A DNA stretch of 63,928 bases, counting the filler, from Folioceros fuciformis (taxonomy: Eukaryota), in the NCBI GenBank assembly GCA_049999805.1. It is 11 parts of 11 records of this genome, joined end to end, with 100 filler letters (N's around TTAATTAATTAA, not from the genome) between each part and the next. Parts side by side here need not be neighbours in the genome. Positions count along the whole stretch, not along the records: positions 34,227 to 42,405 come from JBNGIO010001137.1; positions 42,506 to 46,977 come from JBNGIO010001138.1; positions 47,078 to 53,840 come from JBNGIO010001139.1; 8 more parts are not named here. One strand, written 5' to 3'. The notes under the pieces were generated by a model, which was not told the origin of the DNA, searched no databases, and saw only the letters and a list, made by a program, of their open reading frames with translations. The translations under genes and the position numbers were made by a program. Position 1 is the stretch's first letter. Each line of letters starts with the position of its first letter. Positions 40,802-52,124 of the stretch are shown here, piece by piece.

Positions 40802-41884
40802 CCTGAACGAGTTGCCCATCCCCGTTTTCTCTCTCCTTTCAAGCGGGTCTTCCGGACGGTTCCAACTAGGCAGTCTGAAAATCTGGAAACCGTGTACATT
40901 CACCTTAGAGTGTGCCGTACCGTCCACCGTTTCAAATGTGGATGCATCGTACGCTCAGAAGGGGCGAGGTGATGAGGAACCAAGGTTTCTTTTGTCACTC
41001 TTCTCGCTCGGACAGGCCTTCCTTTTGAGTTGAGGATGGTACGTGGCTCTACTTGGTTACCAGCATTAGTCCCACTCGGTAGGCGAAGGAATTTTTGTGA
41101 CTTGTAATCCCGTGTTCAACCAGGTTTTCCTTCAATAGGCCGACCCTTAGCGAGGTTGTGGCCGCATAGTAGCTCATCTTGCCCTCATTGTTCCCAGTTC
41201 TCTAGCCATAAACATGGATACTTAAAGGCCTCCATTTCACGAGCCAGTGCACACAATCGAAGTGGAGTACATTCTCGCAGGTGATACCATAGCCTCGGAA
41301 ACATGGGCAGGACGATTAATTGAAGAGAACCAACTCCTAGCAACATGGATTGTAAACCTCAATCCAAACAGCACTGTCCTTAGGGCAGGAAGGGATTTCC
41401 CTTTCAACGAATCTTCGGTTCAGCACCCGTAGCACCATGCTTTAGAGCAGTAACTTGAATGGTAACTACGCCCGGTGATAGAAGGCGAGTTGTCGAACCT
41501 GCAGGCTGACGAAAAATGCTGACTACATCGTGATGTTTCACTCATTCAGCTTTGGATTGCAGAAATCAAGTTCATTCAGCTGTGATTTGATTTGAAGAAG
41601 ATTACACATGTACACAGACAGTTACCAAGTGCGGAAAACAGCATCCACACAAAATCAGTGCAAGTTCCTATCTACCTTTTATCTCCAGCCAGCGGATCTC
41701 TCATCGGTTCTAGCAAGGTGGATACAATCCGATTTTATTCAACACTAAGACGAATCTATGAAAGTGTCTGTGCGTCCAGCCGGGTGGGTCGTGAAAGGAG
41801 CGAGAGAAGGTAGAAGGGGCGCTTCTGCTCATCCAGAAAGTATTGGGTCTCTGTGGGCGTGATGCCGAATGCCTACCCCAAAAC

Positions 41885-42405
41885 GTGGGAAGGGATGTCG
41901 GAACTCATGAGAGCGATCACAGAGTCCTGGGAAGGGATGTCGGAACTCATGAGAGCGATCACAGAGTGCTGGGAAGGGATGTCGGAACTCATGAGAGCAA
42001 TCACAGAGTCCTGAGCAGGAACAGTTTTTCCAAGCTTGTGCTGGCCCATGAACGTGATTGTAAGCAGCGCAGAGCTGCACGAAGTCGGTTTGTGCTGGCC
42101 CATGAACGTGATTGTAAGCAGCATAGTGCTGCACGAAGGCGGTGTTCAATTTCAGTGAGAGATGAGGAACAAGTGTCCCACAATGCCACCCGGTGCGACG
42201 CCAAGACTGCGCTTCTGTGGCCGACTGGGGGGCCCAACGCCGAGTCGAACTGCACTTGGGACGTATTTGCATGTGCGTCCTCCTGGCCCTCCCATTACAA
42301 AAGCAACGGATGGCGAGGGAGGAGAGCACCATCTTGGAGTCTCTCTCCGTTTGTGACAGCAGCTATTGGGGAGGGTTGTGGAGGCTAGCGGCATCAAACA
42401 GTGGG
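41885..42405 (+). repeat. Dispersed repeat with internal 42-bp x3 and 54-bp x2 tandem units
   Basis: GGGAAGGGATGTCGGAACTCATGAGAGCGATCACAGAGTCCT x3. Segment 42195-42405 matches the reverse complement of ~46312-46525. Confidence 0.85.
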
Positions 42406-42505
42406 NNNNNNNNNNNNNNNNNNNNNNNNNNNNNNNNNNNNNNNNNNNNTTAATTAATTAANNNNNNNNNNNNNNNNNNNNNNNNNNNNNNNNNNNNNNN
42501 NNNNN

Positions 42506-43025
42506 CTTGTACCCTCTTGCTCCTTGGTCCCTCTTGCTCCTTGCTCTCTCTTACTCCTTGCTCCCTCTTGCTTCTTGCTTCCTTTTGCTCCTTGCTCCCT
42601 CTTGCTCTCTCCTTCCACCTTCGCTTAGGCCTCCTTCTTCCTCTTGCTTCCTCTTGCTCCTTGCTCCCTTGCTCCCCCTTGCTCCCTTGCTCCCTCGCTC
42701 CCCCTTGCTCCCTCTCCCCCTTGCTCCTTGCTCCCTCTTGCTCCTTGCTCCCTCTGCTCCTTGCTCCCTCTTGCTCTCTCCTTCCACCTTCGCTTAGGCC
42801 TCCTTGCTTCCTCTTGCTTCCTCTTGCTCCCCCTTGCTCCTTGCTCCCTCTTGCTCTCTCCTTCCACCTTTGCTTAAGCCTCTTTGCTCCCTCCTCCTTC
42901 TCTTGCTTTGGGCCCATCCAAGTCCTTTGTGATTGGCCTTCTCTTGCTTTGGGCCCATCCAAGTCCTGCATTGTGATTGGCCTTCTCTTGCTTTGGGCCC
43001 ATCTAAGTCTTGCATTGTGATTGGA
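42506..43025. repeat. CT-rich (CTTGCTCC) simple repeat plus ~42-bp tandem x3
   Basis: Degenerate CTTGCTCC(CT) array; CTTGCTTTGGGCCCATCCAAGTCC..GTGATTGG three times. Confidence 0.9.
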
Positions 43026-43034
43026 TAAATTAGA

Positions 43035-43313
43035 TATTAATATTATTCATGCTATTTTAACGCGACCTCATGTGATGGGTATGAGCGAGAAGGAATCGAA
43101 AATCGGGTAGTCTTTCAGCAAGGAGGTGCTCCCAGAGGTGGCACTTCTCTTTAGTTGCTGCAGTCTAATGCAAGGTAGGGATAAGAAAGGTAGGGATAGG
43201 ACTGATTGTTGGTCAGGAGGTATTGCTTACGAAGACTAAGGAACCTCAAATCCTGATTTTGACGCTATTTTGAGAAAGGAGTTAGATGAAAAATAGCATG
43301 AATAATATTAATA
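43035..43313. mobile_element. MITE-like element with 24-bp perfect inverted repeats
   Basis: TATTAATATTATTCATGCTATTTT (43035-43058) and its exact reverse complement (43290-43313). The outer TA could be a Stowaway-type TSD. Confidence 0.65.
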
Positions 43314-43429
43314 GCCACTTTAGGTCCCAAGAGCCGGGTATAGAGATGCTGATCGGGGAGGTTAGCCATCCTAGGACATTCAGGTGGGGCTTTGAAGACC
43401 ACTCGAGTGGCTAGAGTCACCTTCCCTCT

Positions 43430-44550
43430 CCCAAATTTTATCTCTGATATGGGTCTTTGCTTGAGTTTCCGTGATCCGTTGCTCTAGGTTGGCTTCTCAG
43501 ACCCTACATTCTTCTCCCACTTCCACAAACGCATTCACGTACGAAAAGGATAAATGTTGATCATATCTGTGGCATACGATGCTTTGCCAAGCCAAACTGT
43601 TGCAAGAAGTAATCGCTTGCTCATCCGTGACCAATGCGTTCTTTAGAATCCCTTTGAATTTACCCTTAACTGCCTTCCACAGTGAAGGTAGGTCGTCTCC
43701 AATGGAAGCATCTAAGGCTAAGGGGCGTGTCGGAAGAGCCCAAAGCTCGCTGCTCCTTGGCAACCAGTAGTACCTGGCCTGACCTATGACCTTCCTCATT
43801 ATCAGACACACCTTGACTTGAACACTAGGGGTTTTGGCTAGGTCTGGGAATGAAGAGCCTTGTATCTTGCTTGCTCAATGATGAGACTCTGGATTTTGCT
43901 TCCATCTTGCTTTTGGAGCTCCCTGAAATCCAGGCAAAGGTCCCTGTTGCCGTGAATCTGGCTCCTTCTGCTTCCCACCTGCACCTGTTCATAAGGGACA
44001 CCGCTGTTTTAAGTGAGTGTGAAAGCCACACAAATTGCACTTGAGTGGGAGATCTGGATAATCGAGGAGCTACATAAAGCACTTAAACGGATCTTCATGA
44101 TCCTTGATAATCACTTCGGCTGAGAGAGCTGACAAACTGTCCACTCGAACTCCAAAATTTGGCGGTTTGGAGACATCCAAGAACATAGAGTCAACCTTGG
44201 GGAGCACCACCACTTTCCCCACCGATTCCAAGATTTTACTGAGTAAGGGCACAAGCTGCATTGGGAGGGCTGGGAGCCTAACCCAAAGAAAATGTTGTTT
44301 TATTTGCGAATGTCTGATGGTGTTACATGGCGTCCAAGCTGCCACTAGCACTGGAGTCACTTTCCTAAAAAGCACGAAAGTCTGCAAAAGCGCGTTTGCC
44401 CCGCCCACATTGTCACATTTTATTTGAAAGGAGTTGTCCTCCTTCAAGAAGACATAGGCAGGAGGTCGTCCTGTGACTTCCTCAACCCACGCCTCAAGCT
44501 CTTGCTCCGTTTTGTAACCATTACGATGAATGAGTTTAGGGTAAGGTGCC
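43430..44550 (-). mobile_element. Second, diverged LINE ORF1-like relic (same family as 22208-28258)
   Basis: FQIKCD...AAWTP...LWVRLPALPMQLVPLLSKILESVGKVVVLPKVDSMFLDVSKPPNFGVRVD and CLIMRKVIGQARYYWLP parallel the contig-4 copy. Confidence 0.75.
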
Positions 44551-45673
44551 TATGGAGGAATTCATCCTTATTAACACCCATTTATTGCTTGGGCACCGGT
44601 TAGCCGGCGCCCAAGATCCTGCTCCATTTGGACTGTATGCATTTCCTGCGCTTTTTTTCCTTGCCAAATCATTTCACATGGTGTTCATGTTCTAAAATCA
44701 CCACAAAACTTGAGTTCTGGCCGGTGCACATTTCCATCAAAGAGGTCTACCCCTTATGGTTGGGGGGAACTTTTATCCCCTCTTGCAAATTTCATGTGTT
44801 ATATGATCACTTTCAGTGTGAATTGATGTTTAGTTCAATTGTTAATGTGAAAGTTCTCAGCATAGAAATATGTGCACCGGTCTGCTCTACTGGTGCACAT
44901 ATCATGAGTGTGCGCCGGTACATATCATGAGTGTGCGCTGGTAGACCGGTGCACTATTGCAGCGTTGCATGCAAATAAAGGTATAAACATGATTATATTG
45001 ATTTGCTATGAACGATAAGAAGCGAAAATCAAGTAAAGCACACACTCAGGAATAAACATGAAATCGGACAAAACATGAATGTCGTAATATCCACCAGATT
45101 ACTACTTTTAGTCATATACTAACAAATATCATGATGTATACAGAATTACGTGACGCATTTTCATATAGGTTTACGCATCGCCGAAAATAAAAACACAAAA
45201 ATGTAGATACACGATACAAAATTTGAACATGAAAATTTGGCACAGCCCGAAACGACAGAATCCGATCGTTTTGATTAGACCTTGTTCTACAAGCTCTTGA
45301 TTTTCATTTTCCCGCTTTTGAACATTGTGCTTCCACTCTAGAAAACATTCTCCTTGCTCTTGATAAACTCCTTTCCCTTTATTCAGAGTCACCTCGTTAG
45401 ATTCCAATCCTATTGAATAATGACCCTTGATGAGAATGTGCCCTTCTACAAACCTCTCTGAACACAGTTTAAGCTGAAATTGTCCAAACAACTCTTATTC
45501 AAAAGATTTTACTTTCTTCACAAAAGTGATACCAATAACAACACATAGAAATTTGGCCACATTACGTTCAAAATCTATCCCTACATCCTTCCTCTCCTTT
45601 ACTACCACTATTTCTAGATTCCAAGCCAACTCTAAAAGCCTCGGCTTCGGATACAAGTTCCTTTGACTTCAAG

Positions 45674-46560
45674 CTACTTAGACCTCTCAATTGGCAAGTC
45701 TCCCGTTATTGCCTCTTCACCAACCTTCCATTTGGTGAAGCCCTTGTGGTATGCTCTTCCTCTCTGTACTTGATAGTGTGAGCGTTTCTTGGGAGGGTTC
45801 CTCTTGCGGTAATCTTCCAACTTCTTAGGTTCCTTGTCTACCTTCCGTTTGCTCCCTCCTCCAGTATTGCCCGTCATTCTATGCTCTTCTTCCTTTAACT
45901 GGTGATATTGCTTAGAAAAACCGTAAAGGCTATATCTAGTTTCTTGCCTTTAAGATTCTTAAAACTAGAAACCACCCCCTCCTCATGTAACACACTTTCA
46001 AAAATAATTGTGTAGCTCACCTCTTTTCTCATCTTCTCTAACCCGTAGCTCCCGCGAAGTTGTTGATATTTTTGCCCTCTTTGCCACCCACCAAGTAATC
46101 CCAACAAGTAATCTTAGTCTTCACATGTAGCTAGCGGAGCTCCTCCTTGGAGAACTTATGCACTTCATTGAGACTCCACTTGAGCTCTGGCTGTGCTTGA
46201 TTGATATTGTGCAACTCTTCCTCTGTCCAATCTGCTCCCACTCTCTCAACTTCCTCCTTTTCTTGTTCAGCCTGTTCCTTTTGGTTGCACGTTTTCAAAC
46301 AATTGCTCACTGCCCACTGCTTGATGCCGCTAGTCTCCACACCCTTCCCCGATAGCTGCTGTTACAAACGGAGAGGGACTCCAAGATGGTGCTCTCCTGC
46401 TTGACCATCCGCTACTTTTGTAGCGGGAGGGCCAGAAGGACGCACACATGCAAACATGTCCCAAGTGCAGTTCGACTTGGCGTTGGGCCCGCCAGTTGGC
46501 CACGGGAGCGCAGTCTTGGCGCTTCGTGCAGCTCTACGCTGCTTGCAATAGCACACGCTG
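45674..46560 (-). mobile_element. Decayed coding-like segment of an unclassified dispersed repeat
   Basis: Shares ~210 bp with 42195-42405 and continues as a stop-riddled charged ORF (..WTEEELHNINQAQPELKWSLNEVHK..). Confidence 0.45.
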
Positions 46561-47077
46561 GGAAATAATTGTGACGCAGTCCAGCCTTCAATTCTTGGAC
46601 TAGGCAAACCAACTTCAGTGCCTTCAACAGCTTTTGTAGGTAGTAAATGGTTAATAAAGTTTCTGTTTTGGTTCAGTTTCCTTTGTAGTAAGGAACATGG
46701 AACCGAACAACTACCACCACAAAATCAAGGACACCATCGAAAACCCCAATCCAAACTGCACTTTGTTTTGTAAGGGATGGAAGAACCTTCCTGAAGACGT
46801 AGTCTCTTGTCCGAGGAGACCTGTCGCTGCGCAGCAGTGCAATCATCATGTTATCTCTGACGCCATGCTTTGGAATGGTTTTTTCCAAAGCTGAAGACAG
46901 GCTCTTGATTCTGGAGACTACTTGGGTGCTAAGTTGACTGGGGAGGGATAAAGATCCCTTAAACATGTGGGACAAAANNNNNNNNNNNNNNNNNNNNNNN
47001 NNNNNNNNNNNNNNNNNNNNNTTAATTAATTAANNNNNNNNNNNNNNNNNNNNNNNNNNNNNNNNNNNNNNNNNNNN

Positions 47078-47629
47078 GAATTTATACAGTTCCGTCCTGA
47101 CTCAGCAGAAGTAGACTCCCTTCCATTGTGGGCTATGATATTTAATCATTTTGTGAAGCACAGGGACCTTGAGTTAAAGTTCTTGCTCAATGAGCAGAAG
47201 AACAATCCCGATGAAGTATGGAGAGAATTCAAAAGAGAGAACGCATTTTCACATTTGGAGCTACAACGAATTTGCTATAAGTGTCAAGATCCATTAGCTT
47301 GTTGTTCATGGATCCAGACTTCGTGTGGACACCCCTTCCATTTTCAATGCGTGTTTAAAATATTGGAGGAGAATGACACAGTGTGTCCTTTGTGTGGTTT
47401 GAACTTCATGACTGTGCACGCCTTGCCTAATGATGCAGTGTGGATACCTTTTACAACCCGAATTAATGGACACAAACAAGAAAAGCGTGAGGTGATTCTA
47501 TGGTGGTTAGATGATTTGAGGGAAAGGAATCAACTTCTCATAGAGGACTTGCTTGAAGAAGAGAACATGCATGAAAACCAAGATGAGGTTCTTGAGGCAA
47601 TAAATCGTTCTCTGGCAGCAGAGCAGTGA
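47078..47629 (+). CDS. Triple-RING family copy A (5' truncated by gap; only the last RING-H2 present)
   Basis: CYKC...SCGHPFHFQC...CPLC, then TRINGHKQEKREVILWWL; highly similar to the C-terminus of copy B. Confidence 0.75.
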   Translation, partial: EFIQFRPDSAEVDSLPLWAMIFNHFVKHRDLELKFLLNEQKNNPDEVWREFKRENAFSHLELQRICYKCQDPLACCSWIQTSCGHPFHFQCVFKILEENDTVCPLCGLNFMTVHALPNDAVWIPFTTRINGHKQEKREVILWWLDDLRERNQLLIEDLLEEENMHENQDEVLEAINRSLAAEQ

Positions 47630-47644
47630 ACTCTTGAGACTTAG

Positions 47645-47810
47645 TATGAGACTCAACTTTGGGGAACACAAGTGGATACCCAACATATGAGACTCCGCTT
47701 TGGGAAACACAAGTGAATACCCAACATATGAGACTCAACTTTGGAGAACACAAGTGAATACCCAACATATGAGACTGGACTTTGAGGAACATGAGTGAAG
47801 ACCCAACTCA
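47645..47810. repeat. 41-bp tandem repeat x4
   Basis: TATGAGACTCAACTTTGGxGAACACAAGTGxATACCCAACA units. Confidence 0.9.
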
Positions 47811-49461
47811 ATCTGGTAAAAAGTAATATGGAATAAGGAAATTGAGGGATAAAAATGTAAATATAGATCAGTATGATAGGAATTTTTGAATGATTATCAG
47901 GAATAAAAAGAAGATAAAACTCCACGGAAGACTATAGATTAGGAAACAATTGTGAATTGTAGGATTGGCATCAAACTCAAAGGTAAACTAAAACCAACAC
48001 AAACTTGGGCATCCCATCAGATTGCCCATTTGTCTTTTTGTTATGTGGCTTACAGTTTTTCCTTGTTTGATCTTGCTTTAGCAGGTGCATAAACATGTTT
48101 TACTTGCATGATGTTTGTACACTGAGGTGATTTGCAAAGCATAGGTCTAGTTCATGGACCCTTGAAAAGACAAGGCCTAAGCTGCAAGCCAAGCATAAAT
48201 AAAAAGGTTAGTCATAAGTAGGTTGCCACATGACTCTTAAGTAAAAAAAATTGCATTCCTTTGTAAGATTGATAATAGACTACCTTTAATACTACCATGG
48301 CTTTTCTAATCGTCTCAACTTGTCAAATTAAGGCATGAAATGAGCGTGAATTTTGAAGGCATTCATTGTTGAACTTGGCCAGATATCTTAGTTTTTTATT
48401 GAATCAATCAAGGATAATTTAGGCTTGCTAAATTCAAAGTTTTTCAACGTTTTTTATTGAATCAATAGAGGATAATTTAGGCTTGTTAAATTCATAGTTT
48501 TTCAACATGAGCAAATCAAGTAACTCATGCCCCACCACTTCTCACAAACTTCCCACTCTTTACCGTGTCATATAGAATATAAAATTCATATAAGCTAATT
48601 TATTAGTCAAATATTTTTGCAGGAAGTGTCATAGAAGTAGTGGTCTTCGAAGATCAAGTTCAGAAACAAACATCACTCCAACAACATAACATGAAAAGCG
48701 AGAAGAAGAACCCTATGTTATGCAAAGTAGTTGTCGATGGATAAACTTTTCAATGGGTGAAAAGGGTGTATTAAACCCTAACCATGAAAGGGTTTAGGGT
48801 TTAAGTCAAATCAACTAGCTACAAACTAGACAGGGTTTAGGGCATGATTTAGGATTTTGCCATTGGGTGTATCATTTTACCCTAAACCCTTAAAACCCAT
48901 CTACCTCGAGAAAGAGGGGAAGAAAACACCAAGGCAACTAGCCCTATAGACTACTATCTAGGAATCTGCCAACAACACCTAATATACCATGATTAGAGAG
49001 TTAAAAAGGTCTACATATTATCCAAATCCTTCATATGAGCCTCCTTGTCACCCTCATTGTCAGGTCACATTTACAAGTGCTCTTCAAATCATTTTGAAAA
49101 CTGCATCTCAAAAGGAAAACCTCTAGGTTTAGTAGGCTTAGTATGTCTCAGAGTTAAACTATACATGAACTATATTAAAATATTAATAAAAAAATAGGGG
49201 TTTTTTTGTAAAATAATAATAATATATTCTAAAAAGCTGGCTAAAAGAAGAACCCTAAACCCTATCAAACCTTATGCTTGCAATTGGGCACCCAAAACTT
49301 TAGTTCTAAATGTTCTTCTAGTTTCATACAAATAATTTCTAGTTTTTGTTTTAAAAATCAAGAAGAAAATTTATGCATTCCAAACAAGAACTAGTCTAAA
49401 ATAGATTCTATCCCCCACACAAAGAAATTGATAAAAAAAAAATTCATACTTTCGACTAGAA

Positions 49462-50725
49462 ATGGATCCAGTAGATGAGAATAACGATGATTGTATTCTT
49501 TGTACGGAATTGTTTGTAAATGAAACCTGGGTGTCTTTGCATCCTTGTAAGCATAGTTTCCATGCATCTTGCATAGCTAAATGGTTTTTTTAGTAAAGTA
49601 AATAAGGAAGATCACGAAAAACTTGAGCCAGAATTTGAAAGGCGTTGTGCAATTTGCCGAACCTACTGGACCCTAGATGGCGCACCACAGCAAGTTCTTA
49701 ACCTAAACAATAAAATGGAAGGTACTAATGCAGACGTAGATAGTGAGCTAATTAAAATCCTAGAGGCACATAAGAAGGAAGTCTTAAAACATGTGGAGGA
49801 AAGAGAAAATGAAGATAGACAATTAGTACTTAACCAGGAACTAAATCCAGTGAATGAATCACAGGATAGCTGTGCACTTTGCAATGAGAGAATGTGGTGT
49901 GAGAATTGGTGTAGAGTGGATCCTTGTAGGCATGTCTTTCATGTTAAGTGCCTCATGTTCCACATAACACAAGACTTACCAATAAACACATTCCCTATCA
50001 TTCTTTGTCCTTACAGAGAATGTAACCAACCAATCCATTTTCAACAACCAACAAGATGGTTGGGTTTTACTTTCCATGTTCGACCTTGGATTACTCCAAA
50101 TGATATGCATTGTGAACGATTTCGTCTCAATTCTGAAGAAGTAGGGCAACTTCTAATGTGGGCTATGGTATTTAATGCTTTTGTAAATAGAAGGGATGCT
50201 GAGCTAGGGGCTTTGCTCATTGAACAGAAGGACAATCCTAATGACATATGGAGGGAGTTCAAAAAGGATAAAACATTTTCATGTTTGGAAGTACAACAGA
50301 TTTGCTTCAAGTGTCAGGATCCACTAGCATGTTGCTCATGGATTCAAACTTCTTGTAGCCACCCATTTCATTTCCAATGTGTGTTTAAAATATTGGAGCA
50401 TAACGAAACTGTATGTCCTCTATGTGGTTTAAACCTCATGACTGTACACTCTTTACCTAGTAATGTTGTGTGGGTACCCTTTACAACTCGAATTAATGGA
50501 CATAAAAAAGAAAAACGTGAAGTGATTTTGTGGTGGTTAGAAGATTTGAGGCAAAACCATAGGCTTCAAGGAGAGGAAGTCCAAATCGAACAAGCTATAG
50601 GTGACAACCAAATGGGCATTTTGGAGACAATGAATCAAGATCTGGCACAAAGGGAGGAACACGAGTACTGGGCTCAATTTGCAGAGTACTGGGATCGATT
50701 TATAGAAGAATTTGCTTTAGACTAA
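49462..50725 (+). CDS. Triple-RING family copy B (one-base frameshift in T7 run at 49585-49591)
   Basis: MDPVDENNDDCILC...PCKHSFHASCIAKWFF. Removing one T gives SKVNKEDH...CAICRTYWTLDG, which joins ORF 49715-50725 carrying two more RINGs. Confidence 0.8.
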
Positions 50726-50959
50726 GAAAATGGGGAAATAAGAGACTAGATAGGCATCAAACTCCCACTTTGTCTACCATGTGTGTCTATGGCTAACACA
50801 ACCCTCTTCAGTATCCAAGAGGGGGTCTTATTTGTCCACTAGGGCTCCAGCTTTAAGGATTTTGCCGAGGCCTATCGACTTTATTGAAGGTTTGTTATCT
50901 TACAAGAACGATTGTTCCACCCTTGCCATTATATGAAGTTTAAGAAATTTTGATAGCTA

Positions 50960-51780
50960 AGTTATGTAGGCACTTGGGGACAATCATACTCCCTGACACC
51001 TTCAAATACATTATTAGTGCCCCAGTAGGGAAGCAAAGCATCATTTTCACCCGCCTTTTAAGGCACTAGCTTGCTAGTAGTGGAGGTACCATCTCCGTAA
51101 AGTTAAGCTTGTTGGCCTTAGAGGTACTATCTCTATAGAGAGCTCAAGCTTATCTTATGTAGGCCCGGACACCTTTAAATGCCTTGCTGGTGACTAACCA
51201 TGAAAGCAAGCATTATTGTCAGTTCCCTTTAAAGGCACTAGCTTGCAAGCAATTGAGGTACTATCTCTACAAAGAGTTGAGTTTTCCAGCTGTAGAGATA
51301 TTATCTTTGTAGAGAGCTCAAGCTAATGTAGGCCCCGACACCTTCACATGCACTGCTGGTGATTTAGCATGGGAGCAAGCATCATTGTCAATCATCTTTG
51401 AAGGCAATGGTTATTGCCTTATTCCTAAACAACCAACAAGCCATGACCTGTTGGTCATAGAGATACTTTGTTTGCAAGACTAAGTTTGCTAGCCTTGGAG
51501 GTGCTATCTATGTGGAGAGCTTAGGCTAATGTAGGCCGCAACACCTTCAAATGCATTGCTGGTGACTTAGATTGGAAGCAAGCATCATTGTCAATCACCT
51601 ATGAGAGCACTAGCTTGCAAGCTATGAAGGTGGGCACTAGCTTGCAAGCTATGGAGTTACTATCTCTGTAAAGAGCTAAGCTTGCCGGCCTTGGAGGTAC
51701 TATCCCTATAGAAAGCTTGTAAATTTAGTTCATAGTACGACTATACATCACTAGACTAGTGACATCTTCAACACCAATGG
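50960..51780. repeat. Degenerate ~170-200-bp tandem array (~4.5 units)
   Basis: ACACCTTCAAAT...AAGCAAGCATCATT...GGCACTAGCTTGC...GAGGTACTATCTCT...GTAGGCC units start at ~50995, 51168, 51337 and 51540. Confidence 0.75.
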
Positions 51781-52124
51781 TAAGGTAGGTATCATCTCTC
51801 ATCACAACATTGCTAAAGCAATAGCTAGCAATAGGAAAGGTACTTGAGGGGTTTGGTTGTCTTTTGACCTGTATATATATATGTACTATATGTATATATA
51901 TAAGTACACATACCTTGGTTATGTAAAAGCCATGGGTTTAAAACTAGTTATGTGTAGACATGAGTTTTACTTTTGGATATGAGCTACTTACTAGTAGCCC
52001 ATGGTTCATGCAGTTTCTTCCTTGCAATCTTTAGCAATGCCTTCTTCTTCACCTTGCATTAGTATTAAAACTCGATAGATGTTGTTTTTTGTTCTCCTTA
52101 ATCCATGTAAGGAAGATCTTAGGG

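Noticed and set aside
42450-43020. Multiple overlapping ORFs
   Set aside because: Translations of a CT-rich simple repeat.
48770-49270. TTTAGGG/CCCTAAA motifs (also at ~35100 and ~36775)
   Set aside because: Only scattered 1-3 degenerate copies, not a telomere array.
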